The notes beneath the pieces were generated by a model that had not been told where the DNA came from, did not search any database, and saw only the letters and a program-made list of their open reading frames with translations. DNA of 64,000 bases, from NCBI GenBank assembly GCA_038087875.1, contig CM075997.1, positions 8,310,001-8,374,000 of the forward strand. Reading direction: 5' to 3'. This DNA is from Malacoraja senta. Its lineage: Eukaryota. Positions 40,201-52,853 of this stretch are shown here, piece after piece (position 1 is the stretch's first letter; each line of letters opens with the position of its first letter). The position numbers and the translations under genes are program-made.

Positions 40201-41040
40201 ACAGGAAATTAGAAATGCGTGCAACAAAGGTAAAACAGTTATAATGGGTGACTTCAATCTATATATAGACTGGGTGAATCAAATTGGCAGGGGTGCTGAG
40301 GAAGAGGATTTCTTGGAATTTATGCGGGATAGTTTTCTAAACTAACATGTAGAGGAACCAACGAGAGAGCATGCTGTTCCAGACTGGGTATTGAGTAATG
40401 AGGAAGGGTTAGTTAGCAGTCTTGTTGTGCGCGGCCCCTTGGGCAAGAGTGACCATAATATGGTTGAGTTCTTCATTAGGATGGAGAGTGACATTGTTAA
40501 TTCAGAAACAAGGCTTCTGAACTTAAAGAAACGTAACTTTGAGGGTATGGGACGTGAATTTGCCAAGATTGACTGGCAATTGATTCTTAAAGGATTGACG
40601 GTGAATATGCAATGGAAGGCATTTAAAGACTGCATGGATGAACAATTGTTCATTCCAGTTTGGCAAAATAATAAATCAGGGAAGGTAGTGCATCCGTGGA
40701 TAACAAGGGAAATCAGGGATAGCATCAAAACAAAAGATGAAGCGTACAAATTAGTAAGAAAAAGCAGGCTACCAGAGGACTGGGAGACATTCAGAGTCCA
40801 GCAGAGGAGGACAAATGGCTTAATTAGGGAAGGGAAAATAGATTATGAAAGCAAACTGGCAGGGGACATAAAAACTGACTGCAAAGGTTTTTATAGATAT
40901 GTGAAGAGAAAAAGATTAGTTAAAACAAATGTAGGTCCCTTGCAGTCAGAAACAGGTGAATTGATCATGGGGAACAAGGACATGGCAGACCAATTGAATA
41001 ACTACTTTGTTTCTGTCTTCACTGAGGAAGACATAAATAA

Positions 41041-44000
41041 TAACCATATAACCATATAACAATTACAGCACGGAAAACAGGCCAGCTCGGCCCTTCAATT
41101 CCGTGCCGAACATTTAGTTTCCCCTAGTCCCATCTACCTGCATTCAGACCATAACCCTCCATTCCTTTCCCGTCCATGTACCTATCCAATTTATTTTTAA
41201 ATGATAAAATCGAACCTGCCTCCACCACTTCCACTGGAAGCTCATTCCACACAGCAACCACTCTCTGAGTAAAAAAGTCCCCCCTCATGTTACCCCTAAA
41301 CTTCTGTCCCTTAATTCTCAAGTCATGTCCTCTTGTTTGAATCTTCCCTACTCTCAATGGGAAAAGCTTATCCACGTCAACTCTGTCTATCCCTCTCATC
41401 ATTTTAAAGACCTCTATCAAGTCCCCCTTTAACCTTCTGCGCTCCATAGAATAAAGACCTAACTTGTTCAACCTTTCTCTGCAACTTAGTTGCTGAAATC
41501 CAGGCAACAATCTAGTAAATCTCCTCTGTCCTCTCTCTATTTTGTTGACATCCTTCCTATAATTAGGCGACCAAAATTGTACACCATATTCCAGAATTGG
41601 CCTCACCAATGCCTTGAACAATTTTAACATTACATCCCAACTTCTATACACAATGCTCTGATTTATATAGGCCAGCACACCAAAAGCTTTCTTTACCACC
41701 CTATCTTCATGATATTCCACCTTCAGGGAACTGTGCACAGTTATTCATAGATCCCTCTGTTCAACTGCATTCCTCCATTCGCTACCATTTACCATGTACG
41801 TCCTATTTTGATGTGTGCTGCCAAGATGTAGCACTTCACACTTATCAGCATTAAACTCCAGCTGCTATCTTTCAGCCCACTCTTCCAAATGGCCTAAATC
41901 TATCTGTAGACTTTGAAAATCGACTTCTTTATCCACAACACCACCTATCTTAGTAAAATCTGCATACTTACTAATCCAATTTACCACACCATCATCAAGT
42001 TCAAGTTCAAGTTCAAGTGAGTTTATTGTCATGTGTCCCTGACAGGACAATGGAATTCTTGCTTTGCTTCAGCACAACAGAACATAGTAGGCATTGACTA
42101 CAAGGCATTCTATACATATATACACATGAATCAATATACTGATAAAGTGCAAATAACAGTATTGGCTAATAACGTTCAGTGTTATGTCCGAGCCAGGTTT
42201 AATAGCCTGATGACTGTGGGGAAGTAGCTATTCCTAAACCTGGTCGTTGCAGTCTGAAGGTAGTAGGGAGGTGAGTGTGTGGCCAGGGTGGTGTGGGTCC
42301 TTGATGATACTGCCAGCCTTTTTGAGGCAGCGACTGTGATAGATCCCCTCGATGGAAGGGAGGTCAGAGCCGATGATGCACTGGGCAGTGTTTACTACTT
42401 TTTGTAGTCTTTTCCTCTCCAGGGCGCTCAAGTTGCCGAACCAAGCCAGGATGCAACCGGTTAGAATGATCTCTACTGTGCACCTGTAGAAGTTAGAGAG
42501 AGTCCTCTTTGACAAACCGTAATCTTCTCAGGAAGTAGAGGCGCTGATGTGCTTTCTTAATAATGGCATCAGTGTTCTCGGACAAGGAAAGATCTTCAGA
42601 GATGTGCACGCCCAGGAATTTGAAGCTCTTGACCCTTTCAACCATCGATCCGTTGATATAAATGGGACTGTGGGTCCCCATCCTATTCTTTCCAAAGTCC
42701 ACAATCAGTTCCTTGGATTTGCTGGTGTTGAAGGCCAGGTTATTGTGCTGGCACCATATGGACAGTTGCTCGATGTCTTTTCTATACTGTGGCTCATCCC
42801 GGTCAGTGATACGTCCCACAACAGTGGTGTCGTCAGCGAACTTGATGATGGAGTTCGCACTATGTCCGGCTACGCAGTCATGAATCTAGAGTGAGTACAG
42901 CAGGGGGCTGAGCACGCAGCCTTGAGGTGCTCCCGTGCTGATTGTTATCGAGTCTGACAGATTTCCACCAATACGAACAGACTGTGGTATGTGAGTGAGG
43001 AAGTCGATGATCCAATTGCAGAGAGATGCGCAGAGACCCAGTTCTTTGATCATCCAGATCATTGATGTACATGACAAACAACAGTTGACCCAACACAGAT
43101 CCCTGAGGCACCCCACTAGTCACCGGCCTCCAACCTGCCAAACAGCCATCCACCATTACTCTCTGGCATCTCCCATTCAGCCACTGTTGAACCCATCTTG
43201 TTACTCCACCATTAATACCCAACAATTGAACGTGCTTAACCAACCTTCCATGAGGAACCTTGTCAAAGGCCTTACTGAAGTCCATATAGACAACATCCAC
43301 TGCTTTACCCTCATCAATTTCCCTAGTAACCTCTTCCAAAAATACAAGAAGATGAGTCAAACATGACCTTCCAGGCACAAATCCATATTGACTGTTCCTA
43401 ATCAGACCATGTTTATCCAGATGATTATATATATTATCTCTAAGTATCCTTTCCATTAATTTGCCCACCACTGACGTCAAACTAACGGGTCTATAATTGC
43501 TAGGTTTACTCTTAGAACCCTTTTTAAATAATGGAACAACATGCGCAGTACGCCAATCCTCCGGCACTATTCCCGTTTCAAATTACATTTGAAATATTTC
43601 TGTCATAGCCCCTGCTATTTCTACACTAACTTCCCTTAATGTCCTAGGGAATATCCTGTCAGAACCTGGAGACTTATCCACTTTTACAGTATATTTTCAA
43701 AAGTGTCAGTACTTCCTCTCCTTTGAATCATAATTTCCATAGCTACTCTATTTGTTTCCCTTACCTCACATAATTCAATATCCTTCTCCTTGGTGAATAC
43801 CGAAGAAAAGAAATTATTCAATATGTCCCCCATCTCTTTTGGCTCTGCAGATAGCTGTCCACTCTGACTTGATAATGGACCAATATTTTCCCTCGTTATC
43901 ATTTTGCTATTAATATAGCTGTAGATACCCTTTGGATTTACTTTCACCTTGCCAAAGCAACCTCATATCTTCTTTTCGCTTTTCTAATATATTTCTTAAG

Positions 44001-44562
44001 ATTATTTTTACATTCTTTATACTCCTGAAGCAACTCATTTATTCCATGCTGCCTATAATTATTGTAGATCTCTCTCTTTTTCCGAAACATCCAATTTCCC
44101 TTGAAAACCATGGCTCTTTCCAATTTTTACTATTTCCTTTCAACCGAACAGGGAAATAAAGATCCTGTACTCTTAAAATTTCACCTTTAAATGTCCTCCA
44201 TTTCTCCTCTACATCCTTCCCATAAAACAAAATGTCCTAATTCACTCCTTTTAAATCCTTTCGCATCTCCTCAAAGTTAGCCTTTCTCCAATCAAAAACC
44301 TCAACTTTAGGTCCAGTTCTGACCCTCTCCATAATGATATTCAAACTAATGGTACAGTGATCACTGGACCCGAAGTGCTCCCCAACGCATACCTCCGCCA
44401 CCTGACCTGTCTCATTTCCTAACAGGAGGTCCAGCACTACCCCTTCTCTAGTAGGTACCTTTATGTATTGCTGCAAAAAACTATCCTGCACACATTTTAC
44501 AAACTCCAAACCATCCAGCCCATTTACAGAATGTGTTTCCCAGTCCCTGAGTTTCCCAGTCT
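41041..44562 (-). mobile_element. CR1-A, 5'-truncated, nested in CR1-B; hosts a Rex element
   Basis: (taaccata)n tail at 41041-41060; ORFs 41124-41738 and 42878-44509. Confidence 0.93.
41997..43048 (-). mobile_element. Rex1/Babar-like element, 5'-truncated, with (ttgaac)n tail
   Basis: 6-bp TSD atcatc (41991-96 / 43049-54); [16 protein letters not shown] and AHQRLYFLRRL motifs. Confidence 0.9.
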
Positions 44563-46432
44563 ATAATCTGCCGGAAATAGCGGGGGACCGCGGGTCAAAT
44601 GAGATGGAGGAACTGAGTGAAATCCAGGTTAGCCGGGAAGTGGTGTTAGGTAAATTGAATGGATTAAAGGACGATAAATCCTCAGGGCCAGATAGGCTGC
44701 ATCCCAGAGTACATAAGGAAGTAGCCCCAGAAATCGTGGATGCATTAGTGATAATTTTTCAAAACTCCTTAGATTCTGGAGGAGTTCCTGAGGATTGGAG
44801 GGTAGCTAATGGAACCCCACATTTTAAAAAGGGAGGAAGAGAGAAAACGGGGACTTACAGACCAGATAGTTTAACATCGGTAGTGGGTAAACTGCTAGAG
44901 TCAGTTATTAAAGATGGGCTAGCAGCACATTTGGAAAGTGGTGAAATTATTGGTCAAAGTCAGCATGGATTTACGAAAGGTAAATCATGTCTGACGAATC
45001 TTATAGAATTTTTCGAGGATGTAACCAGTAGAGTGGATACGGGAGAAGCAGTCGATGTTTTATATCTGGACTTTCAGAAGGCTTTCGACAAGGTCCCACA
45101 TAAGAGATTAGTATACAGACTTAAAGCACACGGTATTGGAGGTTCAGTATTGATGTGGATAGAGAACTGGCTGGCAAACAGGAAGCAAAGAGTAGGAATA
45201 AACGGGTCCTTTTCAGAATGGCAGGTAGTCACTAGTGAGGTACCGCAAGGCTCAGTGATGGGACCCCAGCTATTTATAGTATATATATATTAATGATTGG
45301 GACGAGGGAATTGAATGCAACATATCTACGTTTGCGGATGACACGAAGCTGGGGGGCAGTGTTAGCTCTGAGGAGGATGCTAGGAGGCTGCAAGGTGACT
45401 TGGATAGGCTGGATGAGTGGGCAGATGCATGGCAGATGCAGTATAATGTGGATAAATGTGAGGTTATCCACTTTGGAGGCAAAAACAGGGAAGTAGACTA
45501 TTATCTGAATGGTGGCCGATTAGGAAAATGGGAGATGCAACGAGACCTGTGTGTCATTGTACACCAGTCATTGAAAGTAGGCATGCATGTGCAGCAGGCA
45601 GTGAAGAAAGCGAATGGTATGTTAGAATTCATAGCGAAAGGATTTGAGTATAGGAACAGCGAGTTTCTAGTGCAGTTGTACAGGGTCTTGGTGAGACAAC
45701 ACCTGGAGTATTGCGTACAGTTTTGGTCTCCAAATCTGACGAAAGACATTCTTGCCATAGAGGGAGTACTGAGAAGGTTCACCAGACTGATTCCTGGGAT
45801 GTCAGGACTTTCATATGAAGAAAGACTGGATAGACTCGACTTGTACTCGCTAGAATTTAGAAGATTCAAGGGTGATCTTATAGAAACTTACAACATTCTT
45901 AAGCGGTTGGACAGGCTAGGATTATCCAGGTAAGGAATGATCCGACAGGCCGTCTGCTGGTCAAGGGCGCTGACCACATAGTAATAGCGAGTCTCGTCGG
46001 ATGTAACGCCGCGGACGTAAAACTGGTATTCGGCCTGTCGAAATCAAACCCCCGGCTGCGAGGTCAAAAATGTATGGAGGTTTAGGGAGACCGCATTGAC
46101 TCCGGACTCGCCGGCCTCGTAGGCGGCAGCGGCATAATGCATTGTTTCCTCAAATTTCCCTTCACGGATTACACTCCTGGACGTCGGGGGTCACCAGTGT
46201 ACCGGGGCTCACATGAGTCCAGCCAAAAACTAGTCGGAGAAGAGTTGTGTGCACTAGACGTGTTTATCTCTCTATACAGCTCCCTACTCCTCCATGAACA
46301 CGGGCGTTGGTCGGCCTTAAATACCAAATCAGGTACCGACCCCGTGACTAGCGCCTCCCACACCAAGACGCGGCCCTCTAGTGCCGATGGTTCTTTGTGA
46401 CCTTGGGTTGTCATCAGGTATCGCCACAAAGG

Positions 46433-47186
46433 CAAATTATTATCCAAATGGTTTCAATTTGGGAAAAGGGGAAACACAAGGGAATCTGGGGGTCCTTGTT
46501 CCTCAGTCACTAAAAGGAAGCATGCAGGTACAGCAGGCAGTGAAATAAGCGAATGGCATGTTGGCCTTCATAACAAGAGGAGTTGAGTATGTGAGCAAAT
46601 AGGTTCTCCGCAGTTGTACAGGGTCCTTGTGACACCACATCTGGAGTATTTTGTGCAATTTTCGTCACCAAATTTGAGGAAGGACATACTTGCTATTGAG
46701 GGAGTGCAACGTAGGTTCACAAGGTTAATTCCCGGGATGGCGGGTCTGTTGCATGTTGATAGAATGTACCGGCTGGGATTGTATACTCTGAAATTTAGAA
46801 GGATTGGAGGGGATCTTATTGAAACATATAAATTAAGGTTTGGACACGCTAGACGCAGGAAACATGTTCCCGATGTTGGGATAGTCCAGAACCAGTGGAC
46901 ACAGTTTAACAATATGGGTACGCTTATTAGAACGAAGATGAGGACACACTTTTTCACACAGAGAGTTGTGAATCCGTGGAATTCTCTGCCTATGATGGCG
47001 GTGGAGGCCGGTTCTCTGGATGCTGTCAAGTGAGAGTGAGATAGAGCTCTGAAAGAGCTCTTTAAGGGATAGGGGAGAAGGCAGGAACGGGATACTCATT
47101 GTGGATGATGAGCCATGATCACATTGAATGGCGGTGCTGGCTCGTAGGTCCGAATGGCCTACTTCTGCATCTATTGTGTGTTGTCT
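46433..47186 (+). mobile_element. CR1-D 3' part (continuation of 26490-27181)
   Basis: ORF 46614-47033 HLEYFVQF...FFTQRVVN, followed by a CR1 3'UTR hairpin region. Confidence 0.9.
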
Positions 47187-47969
47187 AATGCGCTGTTTTA
47201 TTTCCCGGCACGCGACGCATTACAATATTGGAACCATGACCTCAGAGAGTGGGGAGGAAAAGGATGCAGGAGCGCAAGAGTGGAAGCCATATTGCAAATT
47301 ATTTATTATCTGCCATGGGTTCGCGCCAACATGCCCCGATTTTTGTGTCTGCGTCCTTTGTTGCATGTGTTGTTAGATCCAACGCTACTCTTTAGCGATT
47401 TAAGAAGTCACAAGACAATGTTGCAGTAGGTGAAGGGAGAGACTTCAGGGATCCACAAATTACTTTTGCAACAAACGTGAAGAAACAATTTTGGACGTGC
47501 TAATGCACACCTTAATAGAATTATCAGACAGATATTGAACCCATTTATAAATACGTTTAATGAATCATTTTTATACTGCATCATACCTTATTTTCTGTAT
47601 CACACAAAATTTAAATTTCTAGTCATCAATTTGATGATATGGACATTGGGCTGCCGTTTTCTGGTGTGAAATAGGAAATACTGGGAGGGAATCATGGAAT
47701 GCAAAGGTCCCCGGGTGTTGTACCTCTTGTGAACACAGACACATCTCTGGAGATACGGAATGAGTGACGTTGCGGGTCGAGACGCTTCTGCAGTTCCTAT
47801 ATTTATACGTACGAGGGGATGATGGCGCTGCCAACTATTCCATCACAGGATGGTATGCGATCCTGGTGATGATGGTAAACTCTCCATGTATCGGCAGCCG
47901 GTGTTTTTTACAATGAATACTTTCTTGATTAAACCGATCGGAGTGACTGGGCGAGCAACTTGTTTTAGA

Positions 47970-48235
47970 GATCTAGCATCGAATCGGGCCTTCTGAACAC
48001 CGAGTCCATGCCGCGGATCGGCCACCCGTTCACACTAGTTCCACGCCATTCCACTTTCGCATACACTCCATACACACTAGGAAGAATTAAAAAGGAGCCA
48101 ATTATGCTACAAGCTCTCCCGTCTTTGGCACGTGAAACCGCGGCATCACATGGCTCACAGGGAAAAGTTGCAAACTCGGAAAGGACCCGAGGTCAGCATC
48201 GAATCGGGTCCCCCAGCTGCAACACCGTGCCGCCC
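47970..48235 (-). mobile_element. Degenerate V-SINE/HE1-like SINE
   Basis: Head gggcggcacggt, B-box-like gattcgatgc, gagtttgca core remnant and CR1-like tail. Confidence 0.55.
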
Positions 48236-48785
48236 TATAAAACCAATAAAACCTGTGTTCCCGTCAGAGTATTGAACCCTTCCCCTCCCCGTCTCCCGCA
48301 TGGCAGTCGGAGATACGAGCTAGCGATGTGTTCTGTAATAATTGTTGTTCATTAAATCGTGGATGCATACTTCTGCTAGGATATGTCATTTTAATCGACA
48401 ATATGTAGGCTATCGTGCTATAGTGTCATAGAAACATAGAAACATAGACAATTGGTGCATGAGGAGGCCATTCGGCCCTTCGAGCCAGCACCGCCATTCA
48501 TTGTGGCCGTCCCCTATCAATAACCCGTGCCTGCCTTCTCCCCATATCCCTTGACTCCACTAGCCCCTAGAGCTCTATCTAACTCTCTCTTAAATCCATG
48601 CAGTGACTTGGCCTCCACTGTCCACTGTGGCAGGGAATTCCACAAATTCACAACTCTCAGGGTGAAAACGTTTTTTCTCACCTCAGTCTTTATTCTAAGA
48701 CTGTGGCCCCTGGATCTGGACTCGCCCTACATTGGGAACATTTTTCCTGCGTCTAGCTTATCCAATCCTTTCATAATTGTATATG

Positions 48786-51700
48786 CTACTGAGGAGACTT
48801 TAAACTAGAACGGTTGGGGGGAGGGACTCAAATGGAGAAAGCAAGTAGACAGTGTGTGAGGCAGGAGGCAGAGAAGGGAAGCACTCAGACCCAACATGTA
48901 GGGGAGAAAGAAGAAAAATATAATAAACAGAGAATAAGAGGTGGTGGGTTTCTTAAATGTGTGAGCAGAGAGACAGAGGGTGTAAAATTTGTGTAGAAGC
49001 AAGAGGGAGCAAGGTGAAAAGTGAAAGTGGCAGGCAAACAAATCCAGGGCAACTGGATGAGTTGAATGTGCAGATAGTTACTAATGAATATGATATAGTT
49101 GGGATCACGGAGACATGGCTCCAGGGTGACCAAGACTGGGAGCTGAATTCAATATTCAGGAGGTATAGGAGGAAGGAAAGGAGGTGGGGTAGCGTTGCTG
49201 GTTAAAGAGGAGATGAACGCAATAGAAAGGAACGACATTAGCTTGGAGGATGTGGAATCGATATGGGTAGAGCTGCGAAACACTAAAGGGCAGAAAACGC
49301 TAGTGGGAGTTGTGTACAGGCCACCTAACAGTAGTAGTGGAGTTGGGGATGGCATCAAACAGGAAATTAGTAATGCATGCAACAAAGGTAAAACAGTTAC
49401 AATAGGTGACTTCAATCTAAATATAGATTGGGAGAATCAAATTGGCAGGGGTGCTGAGGAAGAGGATTTCTTGGAATGTATGCGGGATAGTTTTCTAAAC
49501 CAACATGTAGAGGAACCAACGAGAGAGGAGGCTATTCTAGACTGGGTATTGAGTAATGAGGAAGGGTTGGTTAACAGTCTTGTTGTGCGTGCCCCCAAGG
49601 GCAAGAGTGAGTATAATATGGTTGAGTTCTTCATTAGGATGGAGAGTGACATAATTAATTCAGAAACAATGGTCCTGAACGTAAAGAAAGGTAACTTTGA
49701 TGGTATGAGACGTGAATTGGCAAAGATAGACTGGCAATTGATTCTTAAAGTGTTGACGGTGGATAGGCGATGGAAGGCATTTAAAGACTGCATGGGGAAA
49801 TACAGACCAGTTAGTCTAACATTGGTAGTGGGGAACTGCTAGTTATTAAAGATGGAATAGCAGCGCATTTGGAAAGTGGTGAAATCACTGGACAAAGTCA
49901 GCATGGATTTATGAAAGGTAAATCATGTCTGACGAATCTTATAAAAATTTTCGAGGATGTAACTAGTAGAGTGGATAAGGGAGAACCAGTGGATGTGTTA
50001 TATCTGGACTTTCAGAAGGCTTTCGACAAGGGCCCACATAAGAGATTAGTATGCAAACTTAAAGCACACGGTATTGGGGGTTCAGTATTGAGTGGATAGA
50101 GAACTGGCTGGCAGACAAGAAGCAAAGAGTAGGAGTAAACGGGTCCTTTTCAGAATGGCAGGCAGAATGGGGTACCGCAAGGCTCGGTGCTGGGACCCCA
50201 GCTATTTACAATATGAATTAATGATTTGGACGAGGGAATAGAATGCAACATCTCCAAGTTTGCCGATGACACGAAGCTGGGGGCAGTGTTAGCTGTGAGG
50301 GGGATGCTAGGAGGCTGCAAGGTCACTTGGATAGGTTGCGTGAATGGGCAAATGCATGGCAGATGCAGTATAATGTGGATGAATGTGAGGTTATCCACTT
50401 TGGTGGTAAAACAGGAAAGTATACTATTATCTGAATTAGGCCGATTAGGAAACCAAGCACTTTATTTGTCCCCGAGGGGCAATTTAAACAAACAATACAT
50501 TTAATCTGCACCGACCGGTCGACCGCATGAGCAGCGACCCGGCAATGGATTGGGTTGTCAGCAGCGATACAATAAAAAGAACACACAAAAGGTAACACAA
50601 ACATCCACCACAGCATTCATCACTGTGGTGGAAGGCACAACAATTTGGCCAGTCCTCCTCCATTTCCCCCCCGTGGACAGGACCAGAGTCCAAGTCAGTC
50701 CAGGATCGGCTCTTCCTCACCGGAGACCGCGGCTTTAGATTGTTGTGGGCCGCAGGCCGGCGGTCAAGATTTAAGGTTCCCTGCCGCAGCCAGAAGCACC
50801 GTAGACTGCAGGGCCGGCGGTCGAAGCTCCCCTCCAGGGGTGATGGTAAGTCCATGACGGCCCCGCGGTAGAAGTTGGCCGCGGGCCGGCAATGATGGCT
50901 TCTTCTTCTTCCCCCGGGTCCCCCAAGAGGGATCCCGGGCTGTAGACGCCGCACCAGCTGGAGCTTTGCAGACCGCGGCTTCAGGCTGCGACTTCAGGCT
51001 GCCGGCTGCCCCGGGCCAGCGAAACGGAGCGTTCCCCTCCAGCGAGCCCCAGCGAGGGTTCACCCGCTCCACGCCGAGAGTCCACGCTGCGCCCGCCGCT
51101 GACGCACTGCTGACATGGCTGCTGCCAGAGCAGCGCCCCCTACAAACGGGGAAATGCAACGAGACCTGGGTGTCATGGTACACCCGTCATTGAAATTAGG
51201 CATGCAGGTGCAGCAGGCATTGAAGAATGCGAATCATATGTTAGCATTCATAGCAAAAGGATTTGGGTATAGGAGCAGGGAAGTTCTACTGCAGTTTTAA
51301 AGGGTCTTGGTGAGACCACACCTGGAGTATTGCGTACAGTGTTGGTCTCCTAATTTGAGGAAAGACAGTCTTGCCATAGAGGGAGTACAGAGAAGGTTCA
51401 CCAGTCTGATTCCTGGGATGTCAAGACTTTCATATGAAGAAAGACCGGATAGACTCGGCTTGTACTCGCTAGAATTTAGAAGATTGAGGGGGGGGGGTCT
51501 TATAGAAACTTACAAAATCCTTTAGGGGTTGGACAGGCTAGATGCAGGAAGATTGTTCCCGATGTTGGGGAAGTCCAGAACAAGGGGTCACAGTTTAAGG
51601 ATAAGGGAAAGTCTTTTAGTACCGAGATGAGAAAAACATATTTCACACAGAGAGTGGTGAATCTCTGGAATTCTCTGCCACAGAAGGTAGTTGAGGCTGG

Positions 51701-51887
51701 TTCATTGGCTATAATTAAGAGGGAGTTAGATGTGGCCCTTGTGGCTAAGGGGATCAGGGGGTATGGAGAGAAGACAGGTACGGGATACTGAGTTGGTGAT
51801 CAGCCATGATCACATTGAATGGCGGTGCAGGCTCGAAAGGCCGAATGGCCTACTCCTGCGCCTGTTTTCTATGTTTCTATGTTTCTA
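48786..51887 (+). mobile_element. CR1-B (from ORF1 end to 3' tail, internal deletions at ~49050 and ~49795), nested in CR1-C
   Basis: ORFs 48814-50504 and 51115-51525; (tttctatg)n tail at 51866-51887. Confidence 0.92.
50453..51145 (-). mobile_element. GC-rich non-autonomous SINE-like insertion in CR1-B
   Basis: Host frame GRLG-KGEMQ is split here. Minus-strand 3' end ttgcccctcgggacaaataaag; core shared with 25960-26490. Confidence 0.7.
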
Positions 51888-52853
51888 TATTAACCCCCCT
51901 CATCCTTCTAAGATCCAGTGAATACAAGCCTAGTATTTTCAATCTTTCCTCATTTGACAGCCCCGCCATCCCAGGGATCAATCTCGTGAACCTAAGCTGC
52001 ACTGCCTCAATCACAAGGATGTCCTTCTTCAAATTAGTAGACCAAAACTGCACACAATACTCCAGATGTGGTCTCACCAGAGCCCTATATAACTGCAGAA
52101 GAACTTCTTTATTCCTATACTGAAATCCTCTTGTTATGAAGGCCAACATTCCATTAGCTTTCTTCACCGCCTGCTGTACCTGTAAGCCAACTTTCAGTAA
52201 CCGGTGTACAAGGACGCCCAGGTCTCGCTGCACCTCCCACTTACCTATCCTAACCCCATTGAGATAATAATCTGCCCCTTTGTTTTTGCCGCCAAAGTGG
52301 ATAACCTCATATTTATCTATATTTTACTACATCTGCCATGCATCTGCTCACTCGCTCAACAAGTCCAGGTCATCCTGCAACCACCTAACACCCTCTTCGC
52401 AGTTAACACTGCCACCTTGCATTGTGTCATCCGCAAACATGCTAGTGTTGCCCCTAATTCCCTCTTCCATATCATTAATATATATGGTAAACACTTGCGG
52501 CCACAACAGCGAGTCTTGCGGCATTCCACTAGCCACTGCCTGCCATTCTGAAAATAACCCGTTCACTCCTACACTTTGCTTCCGGTCTGCCAACCAATTT
52601 TCTATCCATGTCAACACCCTACCCCCAGTACAAAGTGCTCTAATTTTAGTCACCATTCTCCCGTGCGGGACCTTATCAAAGGCTTTCTGAAAGTCTAGAT
52701 ACACTACATCCACTGGCACCCCTTCATCCATTTTACTTGTCACATCCTCAAAAAATTCCAGAAGGTTAGTCAAGCATGATTTCCCTTTCAAATATCCATG
52801 TTGACTTGGACTAATCCTTTTACTGCTATCCAAATGCCCCATTATTACCTCTT

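Larger units (their letters stand above)
39897..45920 (+). mobile_element. CR1-B ORF2 (EN to RT, 3' end missing) inserted in Gypsy-3 gag; split by CR1-A at 41041-44562
   Basis: ORFs 40037-41059 and 44563-45933 rejoin as TEEDINN|LPEIAG. Confidence 0.92.
27182..46428 (-). mobile_element. Gypsy-3: CsRn1-like LTR retrotransposon, expanded to 19 kb by nested insertions
   Basis: LTRs 27182-27408 and 46198-46428, 4-bp TSD aagg, tRNA-Trp-like PBS TGGTGACCCCCGACGT, PPT GGGGAGGGG. Gag N-terminus ~45920-46130, CHCC motif ~39420-39476, RT 38013-38711 (YLDD), integrase 27410-28900. Confidence 0.92.

Noticed and set aside
44463..45293. 276-aa ORF with an unusual N-terminus
   Set aside because: Antisense CR1-A sequence read into CR1-B RT across an insertion junction.
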